Positions 29,547 to 42,004 of a stretch of 64,000 bases of DNA are shown piece by piece. Numbering within the stretch: the first letter of the stretch is position 1; every line of letters starts with the position of its first letter. A model generated the notes under the pieces. The model saw only the letters and a program-made list of their open reading frames with translations, was not told where the DNA came from and ran no database searches. The DNA lies in assembly GCA_951406725.2 (NCBI GenBank), contig OX597815.1, forward strand, positions 197,160,001-197,224,000, given 5' to 3'. The position numbers and the translations under genes are program-made. The stretch is from Octopus vulgaris (taxonomy: Eukaryota).

Positions 29547-30088
29547 TTGGGTTGCCCGAAAAGTTCATGCCAATTTACTTTCCGACTTATTTTAGAACAT
29601 GGTTAAGTTCATGAAATAGAATTTGACTACACCTCTATTTAGAGCACAGTTTAAGCTATCTTTTAAGAAGGTTTATGTTCCTATAACCTGTGTTAATTCT
29701 GTAACCCTTTAAAATGGAAGATAAGAAAGATCATATTTGGTACTTGATGAAACCAGACAAAAATTGTTGCAGCTCGGCTGGGGTGTGTTACCACACCCTC
29801 CATATTCACCAGATATTGCTCCTTCGGTTTCCACTTATTCAGGTCTCTGCAGAATAGTCTTAGTAGTAAAAATTCCAATTCTTTGGATGACGTAAAAAGA
29901 TACCTTGATGAATTCTTTGCCATGAAACCACCTCTTCTGGGAAGAGGGTATTTTCAAGTTAAAGGAAAGATGGAGACGCATTGTGCAACAAAATGGTTCA
30001 TCTTTGGTTGATAAAAAATGTAATAGCAAGTATTTATTGACCTTTTTCGTTCCTTTAAAAATCGGCACGAACTTTCCGGACAACCCAA
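29547..30088 (+). mobile_element. Internally deleted mariner (mellifera-like TIR), copy 1
   Basis: TA-flanked TIRs TTGGGTTGCCCGAAAAGTTCATGCC / GGCACGAACTTTCCGGACAACCCAA; MEDKKDHIW joined to LLQLGWGVLPHPPYSPDIAP. Confidence 0.92.
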
Positions 30089-30159
30089 TACATGCATACA
30101 TACCTATCTACACACATAGATACTTACATACATACAGACCATAGCCAATAGTAATATGA

Positions 30160-30750
30160 ACGAGCACTGGTGGAAACATTAATAAAATATAAACATAATA
30201 TACCAGACATTGTGACTTGAGACAGAGAGGAGAAACTGTGCCAAGTAGTTGAAATCAGCTGTGAAGTGAATGTCATAATAAAGCTAAAGATCAGTGAAAA
30301 AGAAGACCCCTACGCTGACCAATTCAGAAATACTCTACCCAAATTCAAGTCCAGGTTTATACATATAACTATTGGGGCACTAGGATATGTAACACACTGC
30401 CTAAGCACCAACCTTAAGGAATTAACCTTCACAAAATCTGAAAGGGGAAAGATAATTCGAAGACTACAGATTCAAGCCATCAGTGGAACTGCAAAATTTT
30501 TAAAGCTTTCCAGAAATTTACTATTTGAGTATATATATACGCATATCTAGACATGAAACTATGTGTATGAGAATACATACATAAAATAAATCATGCAAAT
30601 CTACTTGTGTACAAACTCCAAATACTTCATCATACAGCGTACACATGCCAATACGCTGTTGATGTTGTTGCATTTTCAATGAGACTTGGATCTAGGTTAG
30701 AAACCGGGTCTTTCAAATTGGGCAAGAAATTTTGAAATGAAACTGAATAA
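30160..30750 (+). mobile_element. RLE-type non-LTR retrotransposon 3' end (endonuclease and 3' UTR)
   Basis: HNIPDIVT*DREEKLCQVVEISC..KISEKEDPY..ITIGALGYV..RRLQIQAISGTAK. Confidence 0.8.
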
Positions 30751-30779
30751 TAATATACGGTGTGGTGTAGCGTCAATTT

Positions 30780-31390
30780 GTGATATTCTACTTTGAAGTC
30801 TACATCCATGCAATACTTGAGCAAGAGTTTCTCACCAAGTGTCTACAGCATAGAAGGCAGAAAACGTTGACAAACAAGTGTAGGGTTGGCAAGATCAAGA
30901 CTGAAGTCATAAACCACATTATTCCCAACTATGAAAAAAAGGTCTTCCAGATGTTATCTTCCCAAGAGGTGTAATGTGGTGGCTAAAACGGTCTGGAACA
31001 GGATAACAAGAAAGGAAATACCCACAAACAAAGCTGACCATATTGAAACCGATGGGTCAAAGCAATATTGGTGAACTTAAAAATTAAAACAGACACCAAT
31101 TTAATACACAACCGTGTGGGACTACAAAAACATTTGTTCAGTTGGCCTCTGGGCACGAATATGGTTAGAAATATACAAGAGAAAGAGGATAACTATGAAC
31201 CTAAGGTACCCATTCAGTATCATAACTACGATAATTGGAGCAACAGGAAACGATCCAACTGTCTCGAGCAAAATATGACTGAAGTTGGGATCATGGGGAA
31301 AGAATGTATATCCTTAATTCATATGCTAGAAATGATCACCATATCCGAGACAAAAAATAGTCTGCAAAGCCCCGTTGAGTTTTAAAGGAC
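30780..31390 (+). mobile_element. Second RLE-type LINE family, decayed (zinc knuckle to RLE)
   Basis: NKCRVGKIKTEVINHIIPN (CCHC-like knuckle), KTVWNRI, and NLKIKT..HNR; homologous to 32200-32420. Confidence 0.7.
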
Positions 31391-31764
31391 GCTAGTTAAA
31401 AATGTTATTTTCCTTTACAATCTTACTGCGAAGTAGGTGTCCAGTCCAAAGTTACGCTATAAGTTAAAGGAGAACGTTACATACATACATACATCGACCG
31501 GCAATTTCGTACATTACAAGTGCAATCTGTGAGTGGAACAATAAAAATTTGCTAGACCTTTCCCAAATTCAAATTATGAATTTGTCTGTGTTAACTACAT
31601 CCAAAAGACGGAGCCTTGTCTTTTTGTTAGAGCCTGGCACCCTCCTCACTGGAAGATTTATAATAATTAAAAATGGAAGATACATACATACATGCATGCA
31701 TACATACACACATACATAAATACATACATACATAAATACATGTATACATATATACATACATAAA

Positions 31765-32175
31765 ACATGAAAGGAGAAAAGTAATTCAAAGACTACAGAT
31801 TCAATCCATCACTGGAACTGTAAAAAATCTGTAAAAATTTGCAGATGTTTATCATTTAAATTTATATAGGCATGTCTATAAATGCAACTATTTTCATGAG
31901 AATGCATACATGTAACAAAATATACACGTCTGCACATATGCATACATGCATGCATACATGCATGCATACATGCATGCATACATACATGCATGCATACATA
32001 TATACATAAATACATACATACATACATACATACATACATACATACATACATACATAGAAGCAAACATCCTGTTGTTGATGTTTAAATTCCATTAAAGGAG
32101 GATTGTGTCTAGATTAGAAACCGGCTCTTTTTCTTTTGGCAAGAAATCTTGAATTAAACCTAAGCAATGACATAC
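31765..32175 (+). mobile_element. 3' end of RLE LINE family (as 11195 and 30160)
   Basis: AGACTACAGATTCAATCCATCACTGGAACTG..GGCAAGAAATCTTGAA, flanked by (CATA)n. Confidence 0.75.
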
Positions 32176-32199
32176 ATACATAAATAATTACATATAAAT

Positions 32200-32422
32200 A
32201 TAGGCTGTGCAAGACCAAACCCGAAGGCATAAAGTACATTATTGCCAACTGCGAGAGATTGTCTTCCGGATATTATCTTCCCATGACGCATGATACGTTC
32301 GACAGAACGATTTGGAACAGGATATCAAAACAAGTAAATACCTACAGACAAAGTTGACTACATCAAAACCGAAAGATATTGGTAGGACCTAAAAATTAAA
32401 ACAGCCACCAAGTTAAAACACA
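32200..32422 (+). mobile_element. RLE LINE zinc-knuckle fragment
   Basis: YRLCKTKPEGIKYIIANCERLSSGYYLPMTHD..RTIWNRISK. Confidence 0.7.
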
Positions 32423-32429
32423 TCCGACC

Positions 32430-32869
32430 ATCCAGACGTGTAAGATAGATTCCGTCGTATATGGAGCAGAAGCCACAGCAACGCTTTATGATAATCAAAC
32501 CGAAAATAAAAATTACATCGGCTTATACGAAACTGATTTCAAAAGACGTTATACTAACCACCTAACTTCTTTCTGGTACATAGACAAACGTAAAGCCGCT
32601 AAGTTTGTTAGCCACGTATGGGTTTGAAGACAAACTGCACATACAATCAAGTGGAGAATTGAAGAGAAATCCATGCCATATACTCTTTTACTCTATTAGT
32701 TGTTTCATTCATTTGACTGTGGCCATGCTGGAGCACCACCGTTTAGTCGAGCGAATCGACGACAGGACTTATTCTTTGTAAGCCTAGTACTTATTCTATC
32801 GGTCTCTTTTGCTGAACCACGGTTGTCAAGCGATGTTGAATGGGGGGACAAACACAGACACACAAACAT

Positions 32870-32945
<76 letters not shown>

Positions 32946-33540
32946 ATTTACGACGGGCCTCTTTCAGTTTCCGTCTGCCAAATCCACTCACAAGGATTTG
33001 ATCGGCCCGAGGCTATAGTGGAAGACATTTGCCCAAGGTGCCACGCAGTGGGACTGAACCCAGAACCATGTGGTTCGTAAGCAAGCTACTTACCACACAA
33101 CCACTCCTACGTCTATGTTAATGGAAGCAAGCAATGCAATTTATACATACTTGAAATATCACATATTTTTGTAGATTTCCATTGCAGTAATGATTTCTAG
33201 AACCGAAATTTTCTGGAAATGCTAGCATATGAACAAATTCATTTTGGCGAACGAATTAACCAGTGTCTCGGAAACTTTGGACCCCTTTCCGTACATATTT
33301 GTTTACAACTAGCTTAATAATGGCTTTACGATTTCTTTGTTTTCTGTTTCCGTTTTAATTCACCCTTCGACTCTCTGCATTTACCTTCTTATAACTTTCT
33401 CCTGATTTCTCTTGTACCAGCGTCTGTTTGCAAATTAAATGGACAATGTGCTCAGAGTTTAATATTGCTTGGAGAGACAAGGCGTATTATAAAAACCTGC
33501 CTAGATCCGCCTCTCCAAAGCAAGAAACTTAGTCGCTAGT
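32430..33540 (+). mobile_element. Penelope-like element GIY-YIG and 3' UTR, split by a group C SINE
   Basis: DSVVYGAEAT..NYIGLYETDFKRRYTNHLTSF..HVW..IKWRIEEKSMPY, then the SINE, then VNGSKQCNLYILE. Confidence 0.82.
32682..33116 (-). mobile_element. Group C SINE, full length
   Basis: Homologous to 21221-21676. Confidence 0.9.
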
Positions 33541-36043
33541 ATCTTTAAACAGTCTATTATATCACGTACACACACGCACACACACACACACAGACACACA
33601 CACACACACAAACACATACTAGCTTCAGTCGAAGGTATGAAGTAGTGTCTGGTACACTAAGCTCAGGTAGACACACTAGATGTTTTGATGGCATAAATAG
33701 TATTCCGATCTACCTAACAGTATTGGGCATTCCATCTTCGTAAATTATATTGCACTCACGTGTAACATTATAGCACATCATATATACACGTGCTCCAGCA
33801 TATAGTAGATCATATATACGCGTGTTCCAACCTTTGACTGAAAGCAATAAAACAATAAATGAATATACAAAGTTTGCTTGGACGTATTTTTCCAGGTCCT
33901 TTGCGAATCAAGCATCGTAGTGACTAATGACCAATCACAAGAAATAAAAACAAAATTCCAGTGTTTTCTGAATTACTCTTCATCAGCAAAGCCCTCTTTA
34001 AGATCACTGTTGAAATCTCATACCAATAAAGCTGGACTTAAGACGGCCTTTCGCTTTCTTTCTCACTCATGTACACCAGAATTACAGCGCCTTGTTACAA
34101 TTCCTTCTGATGTAGTCGATGTCATTAAAATAATGACATTACCGTGGTCCTCTGAGGTACTGATAACACCTCAAGTTACTAACATATTTAGGAACGGAAT
34201 GAACTTACTGATAATGATATTCCACTATGGCAGCTTGTCTTATGAGTATACTTATGAGTATATACTATTCACAATATATTCTATTCTATTCTATTTATTC
34301 TATTCTATTTATTTTAGGTTTAATGTTATTCCTACCACGTATGATTATTTCCGTCTCATCTTCAAATATATATATATTTAGTGATAATTTGTGTGAAAAA
34401 TTACTGTTTTTCTCCAAGGCGGGATTTCTTTCGAACAAGAATTCATTACTCTGTGTGACTCTGTGAATTTTATTAACGAAATTTGCCACCACAATGCCAC
34501 TATTGGAATTAGCTGTGTTGCTGCACCTTCATTGTTATTTATGATTTACGGATGTTTAACAACATAATAATAATAATAATAACCATCACCTCATCATCAC
34601 TATCCTCCTTGCCGTAATAATCAATATCATCATCCTGGACGTTGTTGATATTCACGTCGACGTCCTTCCTTCCTCTTCCTCTTCCCTATCCTCCTCCCCT
34701 CTTCCCCTTCCTCTTCCCCTCCTCCTCATTATCCTCTTCCTCCTCTTCTCCTCCTCTACCTCCTCTTCCTCCTCTTCTCCTCCTCTTCCTCCTTCTCCTC
34801 TACTTCCTCCCCCTCCTCATCCCCATCATCATCAGTAACATTTACCTCTTTATCATCGTCATCAATGACATTCATCTCTTTCTCATCATCGTCTTCATTT
34901 TTTTTGCATTATCTTTATACTTTTCCGACCTCAGATTAAAGTTCTGTATATTACTCACCCTCCATTGAGTTAATGATCTGCCTGCATTAATGTCTTCTAG
35001 TCAAATAGAAGTTGCCTTTTACATCACATTTTATATATGTAGGATTGTTTCAATATTTTTCCTACTATTTTTGTAAAACTTTTATTTTCGGTGAATACTT
35101 GCCACTTCGTTACACTACCCTATTCTGTTTCACGATGTGGAAATACTCATATTTCTTTCCGGGTTGCAATAGATACTCACTCAGTTCTAAATGCGAATAC
35201 ATTTTGTCTATGCAGGAATAATATGGAGCATTTCGTCTTTATAATTTTACACTTGTTTGATTAATATAGAATTAAGTTTTTGTGCTATTTCTTTCAACAC
35301 TGAAGTTTTCCTGCGAAAGTCAGTAATTGTCGAACTATCGCTTAATTTTTAAATTGTTTCACTTCTTGATGCAACGATGGTGAAATGATATCGTATTTTT
35401 ATGTTTTCCCTATGCGCTATATTTCTGTATCTAAATTGTTTTAGCTTTAAAGTTTCCTGTTCTTTGATTCTGACTTAAATGTATGTTCCAGTAGAATTAT
35501 CTGTTGTGTAGTTTGACACTTTGATTTTCTTTCTACATGGATATTGTTTCTTGTCTTCTTTTTATGTTGTCTGAATATAGTAGTTAGTTCTCCCTTGTTT
35601 GCATATAATTATTTATCTAGATGAACTATCATGACTCTGACGCCACCTTATTGATAAAAAATTGATCGTGCTCTGGATATGACATCTATATCGATTTTCA
35701 GGTTAATAATCTTGGAGTACATGTGGCAGTCTTCTGGGATTGGGGCCTGATTACTTCAAGCAAGGAAATCGCCAATTTATTGAGTTAAAGGTTCAGTTTA
35801 CAACGAGCGAGATTGTCCAGTTTATTTTCCGCTAACCTGTTATCTTATACAGTGCTCATTTAATCATATTTAAGACGCTATCTAGCCGAATGTGTAATTT
35901 ATTGGAGAAAGTATATCATGGTGCTTGGTTATAGTATGTAAAATTCTGAATTGAAATTCTCCAGGGTTCAAATACATTCTCTATCACTCTGGTGTTGAGA
36001 ACTTCAAGGAACAGTCAAATACTGGGGTCTTAAGTGTATATAT

Positions 36044-36275
36044 ATTTCTTTATTGCCCACAAGGGGCTAAACATAGAGGGGACAAACAAGGACAGACAAA
36101 GGGATTAAGTCGATTACATCGACCCCCCGTGCGAAACTGGTACTTTATTTATCGACCCCGAAAGGATGAAAGGCAAAGTCGACCTCGGCGGAATTTGAAC
36201 TAAGAACGTAACGGCAGACGAAATATGGCTACGCGTTTCGCCCGGCGTGCTAACGTTTCTGCCAGCTCGCCGCCT
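36044..36275 (-). mobile_element. Group B SINE (tail type 2), full length with TSD
   Basis: TSD TGGGGTCTTAAG at 36023-36034 and 36277-36288; core GAGGTCGACTTTGCCTTTCATCCTTTCGGGGTCGATAAATAAAGTACCAG. Confidence 0.92.
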
Positions 36276-39200
36276 TTGGGGTCTTAAGGTATATAGCCAT
36301 CCTATAATGTGAAACCAGATGTCAAAGGTAATATATCAGTCTTAAACAGCTGCATTACAAATGTATCCCTTAATTCCTGTACTTTTCATCTTATGAGTTT
36401 CCTTTATATCTAATTACTAAAATTGGTGAAGTTGCCATAATACTTTGCTTTAAGTTACGTATTTAACTAAATACATTGATTTTTCAGCCATCGTTTCTGA
36501 CAGAAACTTTGGTATATATTTTATTATCAACATTTCTCATTTTATATCACCTCAGAGTTCATGTGTAATTTCCAGTTAGGTCTCGTTCTTTGTGCTTTGT
36601 TTTCAGTTTAAATAGAGCGCATAAAGTAGATAGTATATAGACACTACATATAATGTATAGCCATGTAGTTTAATTCACTTAACACGTCGAATGCATAAGA
36701 GAATAACAAAAAGATTTTGAGGATGTTGAATCTCCATAAAAAATGGTTTTCCATTTTGAAACGTTTCTTTTTATTGTTTTTATCATGCGATGCAATTGAA
36801 GTTTTACCAATTTGATATACCCCAGTAAATACACTGTCGTAATTTTATGGCTGCTTTGTTTTAATAAATCATCTATATTGTCTAGAGGTGCGGTATTCTG
36901 TCAAAATCCTTTCCAATAATCAATCGATACCGTGTTTAGTTCCATCTTTATTGTTAGAAAAACTTTTCGGTTCAACAATAACATTTACTTACAATCAAAC
37001 ATCAATTTCAGGTACCTTTCAAGTTCTTATAGTAAGAGGTCATAATTTTCCAGATCAGCAGGCAGCCTGTTTGTAAATATATATTTGTATATGTTTGCAA
37101 CACATGCCTATGGTTTGTTAATAGACGCTTTTGTTTCGAGTAATTTATATAGTAACATTGCTTTCTCCTGTATTTAACAAACTAGTGTTGATTCTTTTCA
37201 TTGTAGTAATTCTTTAAATTATGTTGCCTCTGCTTTCTGTGAAATTCACCGTACATAATTGTCGCAACAATTGGGGATTTATCAATTCCGGTGCCTTTCA
37301 AATGCTAATTGGCTTCATTGATAAATGTCCTATTAGCCACGTTGGAACGGTGAACGGAAATAAAATTACAGGAAAAGAAAAAGATACAAAAAATTTGTCA
37401 GAATTCTAACTCGAAAAAATGTTACAAAAACGTCAGCTTTCATTTAAATACCATAAATACTAGTTAAAGGAGGGGAAGAAATAAGCTTCAAACCGTTCAT
37501 TAACTGACAATATTTGACGTGCAAACAATTATAACATTTATACAATGCCATTACACATCTTTGGAAAAGCAATAATAACAAGCCTTAAATAAAAAAAAAA
37601 ACCCATAGAAATACAAAGTAAAACACTGAAGCAATTATTAAAACTTCACAGTGACTATGTTTTCTTTTGGGATTTTTGAACCATTCAAGAAGTTCATAGT
37701 ATATTCCCCACTGTTTTGAATTCTATATCTCTCCATTACTCTTTACGTTTCCGGCTATCTGTTTAGAATATATGGTTGTATTTATATTATTGTTATTGAG
37801 TTTTCATGTGTAGCTTTTGTTGACGGTTGAAGCGTTTTATTTTAGTCACTGGTATTTCTTCTTAGTCGAAGCGGTGATCACATTCTTGAAAATGTTTGAA
37901 CACGCATCCGTTTTATTTTTCCATTTCATCTGAGATTTTCCATTAGATATATCTCAAGTGACCTATTTTCTTAGTATATAATCTATTGTGTTCCTTCGTT
38001 CAATATGAGTTTTCTTAGTTCTCTTATTAAATATACACAAGTATGACTTTTGTGTATTTTCTTAATTTGCTGATTTTGGTCCCATTTGAAACAAACCCAC
38101 TTATACTGCTTAATGTTATAGCCATCGTCTAAATTACTTCATTAATTAATTAATGAATATTTGTATTTATTTAGGCAATAACATTTTCCCTGAGGGCTGA
38201 GGTGTTTTCGTTTCTCTAATTCATTGATTTATAACTGAGTTCTTCCTAATTCTTGTATTGTTTCTGTTAGATTTTCTTCATAAAGAGTTTGGTTACTCAC
38301 AGTTGGTGTAGCATCGCATTTTCAGAAATCTTTTAACCTAGAACTGACGGTATATTTTTAATAAAAAAAACTGTGTGTACTCCACCATCATTTCAATTTT
38401 ACCTTGGTGTTCAAGTATGTACCAATATTTTTTGCAGCTTGTACATCTCGAGTACGTTTACGGAAATTATGATATTCTCCTTGTTGTATACATGAGTATA
38501 TAAATTGTAACATTTTAAATATATATTTGTATGTATCAGGACAATGTTCTTCCGTTCTGCGCCTCTTGAGAAGCTTCTTTCCGTATCTCTATCAATGAAT
38601 AATATTTCCGTTAATATCCAGATAAATTGTCAGTTTGAATTCACTCATCGATTTGAAGGAGATTATTTCTTAAGGTATTTGATGAAAATGCGTAAGCAAT
38701 ATCCGTTATGTTCTCTGTCGATAGGAAATGCATCTTCTAGAGTGTAATGACAGGATCATGAACTGAAACAGGCATTGTGTTGGTGATTGTAAGAACTATG
38801 TTCCTCGCGTATTTCATGATACTGAAAGCGATTCTGATATTCTATGATTTTAACTTAGGCGGATGTGTATATGTGTTTTGTTTAAGATTAATGTTTTGGG
38901 AATAAGATTTAAATTAAATCATCGATATATTCCTTTTGGATTTACATCAACTAGAAGTTCACTAGCTATTATAATGAATACAATTGTTGCAACAAAAACG
39001 TATGCAGTGAGAATATATTTTCACATCTTTCAGTTTTGACCTTTGACGTATTCATTTTTGAAACGATTCGAAAGCTGGCTTCCAATCATAAAATAAAGGC
39101 AGAAAACATGATGAAAAAATTAATTCTTTAATAGCAGATCTCTAGATTGTTTACTGCTTTTAAAAATACACACACATATACGCCCTCAGAGAAAGAGAAG

Positions 39201-39799
39201 GAAAGACAGAGAAAGATGAAAAAAGAGTGAAATTAATGCGCACGTATATACACTCGTAAAAAGATATACTCATATATGTATAGCTGACCGGTCCTAAATT
39301 CTCTGCGACTCACTGACGCATGTCTTGATATTTCTGTCATTGAGAATGGCCCTCTAAGCATTATCTTCCATTCGTGTCTTGTTAGCTCTGTGGCTATATT
39401 TTGTTCGTTTCTTATTCATTTAGTTTTGTCTATCGTCCATCGTTTTATATTACATATTTTCCCCTTTCATATGTGCACTCCTGTATCGCTGGTTATCTAT
39501 GTATTGTTTGATATCGGCCCTATACTCTCCACCACTTTTGTAGGCACGGCCAGCATGGGAAGCCTTCAGTCTTATCATTACTACCATTCGGTTGATAACT
39601 GATGAAGAATTAGGGACCTACTGTGTCTATCTTCTATCCACTTGTGCACGCAATATGCGTTATACGTTTTTAATACGTTTGTGTATTTACAATACATTTG
39701 TAATCTATTATATATATGCACCTAAATGTATGTATATATATATGCACATATACATACGTATATGTACATACATCTATACGTACATATTTATACATACAT

Positions 39800-40452
39800 C
39801 TGTGGGCACATGACGTCATAAAATGTGTACAAAAAAATGTACGAAGCATGAGTACATGGTACATGAATTATTCTTTCGAACACCGAAAGACACAAATGGA
39901 AAACAAAATAAACAACATAAAGAACGACCCTTCATCATTTGTTGGATGTTTTTCTAGTCCCGTATTTCGATAAAATAATATACGCATTCGATAAAACTGT
40001 TTCCCCCGCAAAGCCAGTTAAATAAAATTTGGGATTTTGCGGAATGTCAAAATAGGTAAGAGAAACAGGACAGTGAAAACATACAGAGAGGGCTGCTAAG
40101 CCTAAACTAGGTTGTGGTGGGGAACGGGTAAATCAAGCTAGGACAGGAGACCAACAAGAACACATCTTCCTTGTTCCAGGTATAACGGAGAGAAAGAAGA
40201 AAAGATGACTGTCACGAGGAAAGCACTTGAGCAAGGGAGAGAGAGTGACAGTGTAATAGGATAGAATAGTGGGGAAAAGGTGAGGTAAAAGAATAAGAGA
40301 GAGAAAAGAGAGAAAAACGAAAGATTAAAAGTACGTATAGAGTGCGCATCACATTATTATGTTAAAACGTACTTACAAATCATATAATATTATACATAAA
40401 ATATATGAACATTTCTGTTGTACACGTTTCATGACGGACGTCATGTGACCAA

Positions 40453-40483
<31 letters not shown>

Positions 40484-40677
40484 ATCCAAACAAGAAAACA
40501 CAAAACAACACAACTACGCGAGGACGTGGAACAAATATAGCATTATTGGACGCTCAGGAAAGAAGGGAAGAAGGACGGCTTAAAATTTCGAGCGGAGCTC
40601 TTCGTCGGAAACATAGGAGAAGGAAAGATCCCGAGAAGGGAAGACAGAGGAAAAAATCGCCAACGGTACACACGAGG

Positions 40678-40723
<46 letters not shown>

Positions 40724-41580
40724 GTATGAACATATATGTATGTATATATGCATATATTATTTAAATTATTTTATGATTGAACGTATCCTCTTACAAGTAT
40801 GATTTATCTTAATAATTCTGATGCACACTGAATACGATCTTTTTATTCTTTCGTTTTTCTATCTTTTCTCTCTCTTATTCTTTTACCTCATCTCCCACTA
40901 TTCTATCCTATTACTCTTTCACTCTCTCTCCCTCACTCATCTTTCCTTGCTCATGTGGCTCCCACTCGACCACTGGCATCTTTCTTTCCTTCTCTCCGTT
41001 GTAGCTGGAACAAGGAAGATGTATTCTTGTTTGTCTCCTGTCCTAACTGTCACCCACAAACTCGTTTAGGCTTAGCAGCCATTCCTGTTTGTTTTCACTG
41101 TCCTGTTTGTGTTACCTATTTTGACCCTCTACAAACTTCCAAATTTGATTTAAATTGCTTTGCAGGAGCAACTGTTTTATCGAAAGCGTATATTGTTGTG
41201 AAATGCTCGAAATGCGAGACGAGAAAAACAGTCATCAACATATAAATAGGATGTTCTTTATGTTGTTTGTTTTGTGTTCCATTTGTGTCTTTCATTGTTC
41301 GAAAGAATAATTCTTGTTCCATGTACTCGTGCTTCATACATTTTTGTTGTACACGTTTCATGACGTTATAAGCCTATATATATACATGATTGAAAGCCAC
41401 GCATCCTCTTTCAAGTAAGTTTTATCTCAATAATTCTGATGCGCACTCTATGCGATCTTTTCATTCTATCGTTTTTCTCTCTTATTCTTTTACCTCCTCT
41501 TCTCCCAATATTCTATCCTCTTACTCAGTCACTCTCTCCCCCCACTCTTCCTCCTTTGTTCACGTGGATCCCACGTGCCC
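39800..41580. mobile_element. Cluster of an unclassified ~600-bp element: 39800-40385 inverted relative to 40770-41375, plus a partial copy at 41385-41580
   Basis: GAGTACATGG..AATTATTCTTTCGAACA..GAAAGACACAAATGGAA matches the reverse complement of 41250-41365; ATGATTGAA..ATCCTCTT..AATAATTCTGATGC occurs at ~40773 and ~41386. Confidence 0.8.
40480..40680 (-). mobile_element. ~200-bp element in (TA)n carrying a degenerate hammerhead motif
   Basis: Minus strand GTTT-CCGACGA-A-GAGC-TCC-GCTC-GAAA-TTTT-AAGC; shares TTCCTGAGCG(T/C)C with the 61030 and 62710 elements. Confidence 0.6.
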
Positions 41581-41594
41581 ACATATGTATATAC

Positions 41595-41727
<133 letters not shown>

Positions 41728-41972
41728 TATAGATATATATAGATAGATACATATTCTTCACTCGCTTATTATAATTATTATTATTTTTTAAATTTTGATG
41801 CGCATTTCCGACAATGGACAGGCGTAAAAATAATGAAAATAATAATATAAAATTACAGTAATAAACGAATGGAGAAAAATGTTTGTAGTGCGTGTGTTCA
41901 TTTGGCAAGAAAAGAGATAATAGATAAAATGAGAGAGAGAGATAGACAGAAAGAGAAAGAGACTGGGAAAGT

Positions 41973-42004
<32 letters not shown>

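Noticed and set aside
33878-34381. 167-aa ORF
   Set aside because: Non-ATG start, runs into (TATTC)n low-complexity sequence, and has no recognisable motif
35701-35790. Possible exon after TTTTCAG
   Set aside because: Short frame ending in a stop, with no convincing donor or homology
39595-39665. CTGATGA motif with possible stem
   Set aside because: No GAAA partner in the correct position
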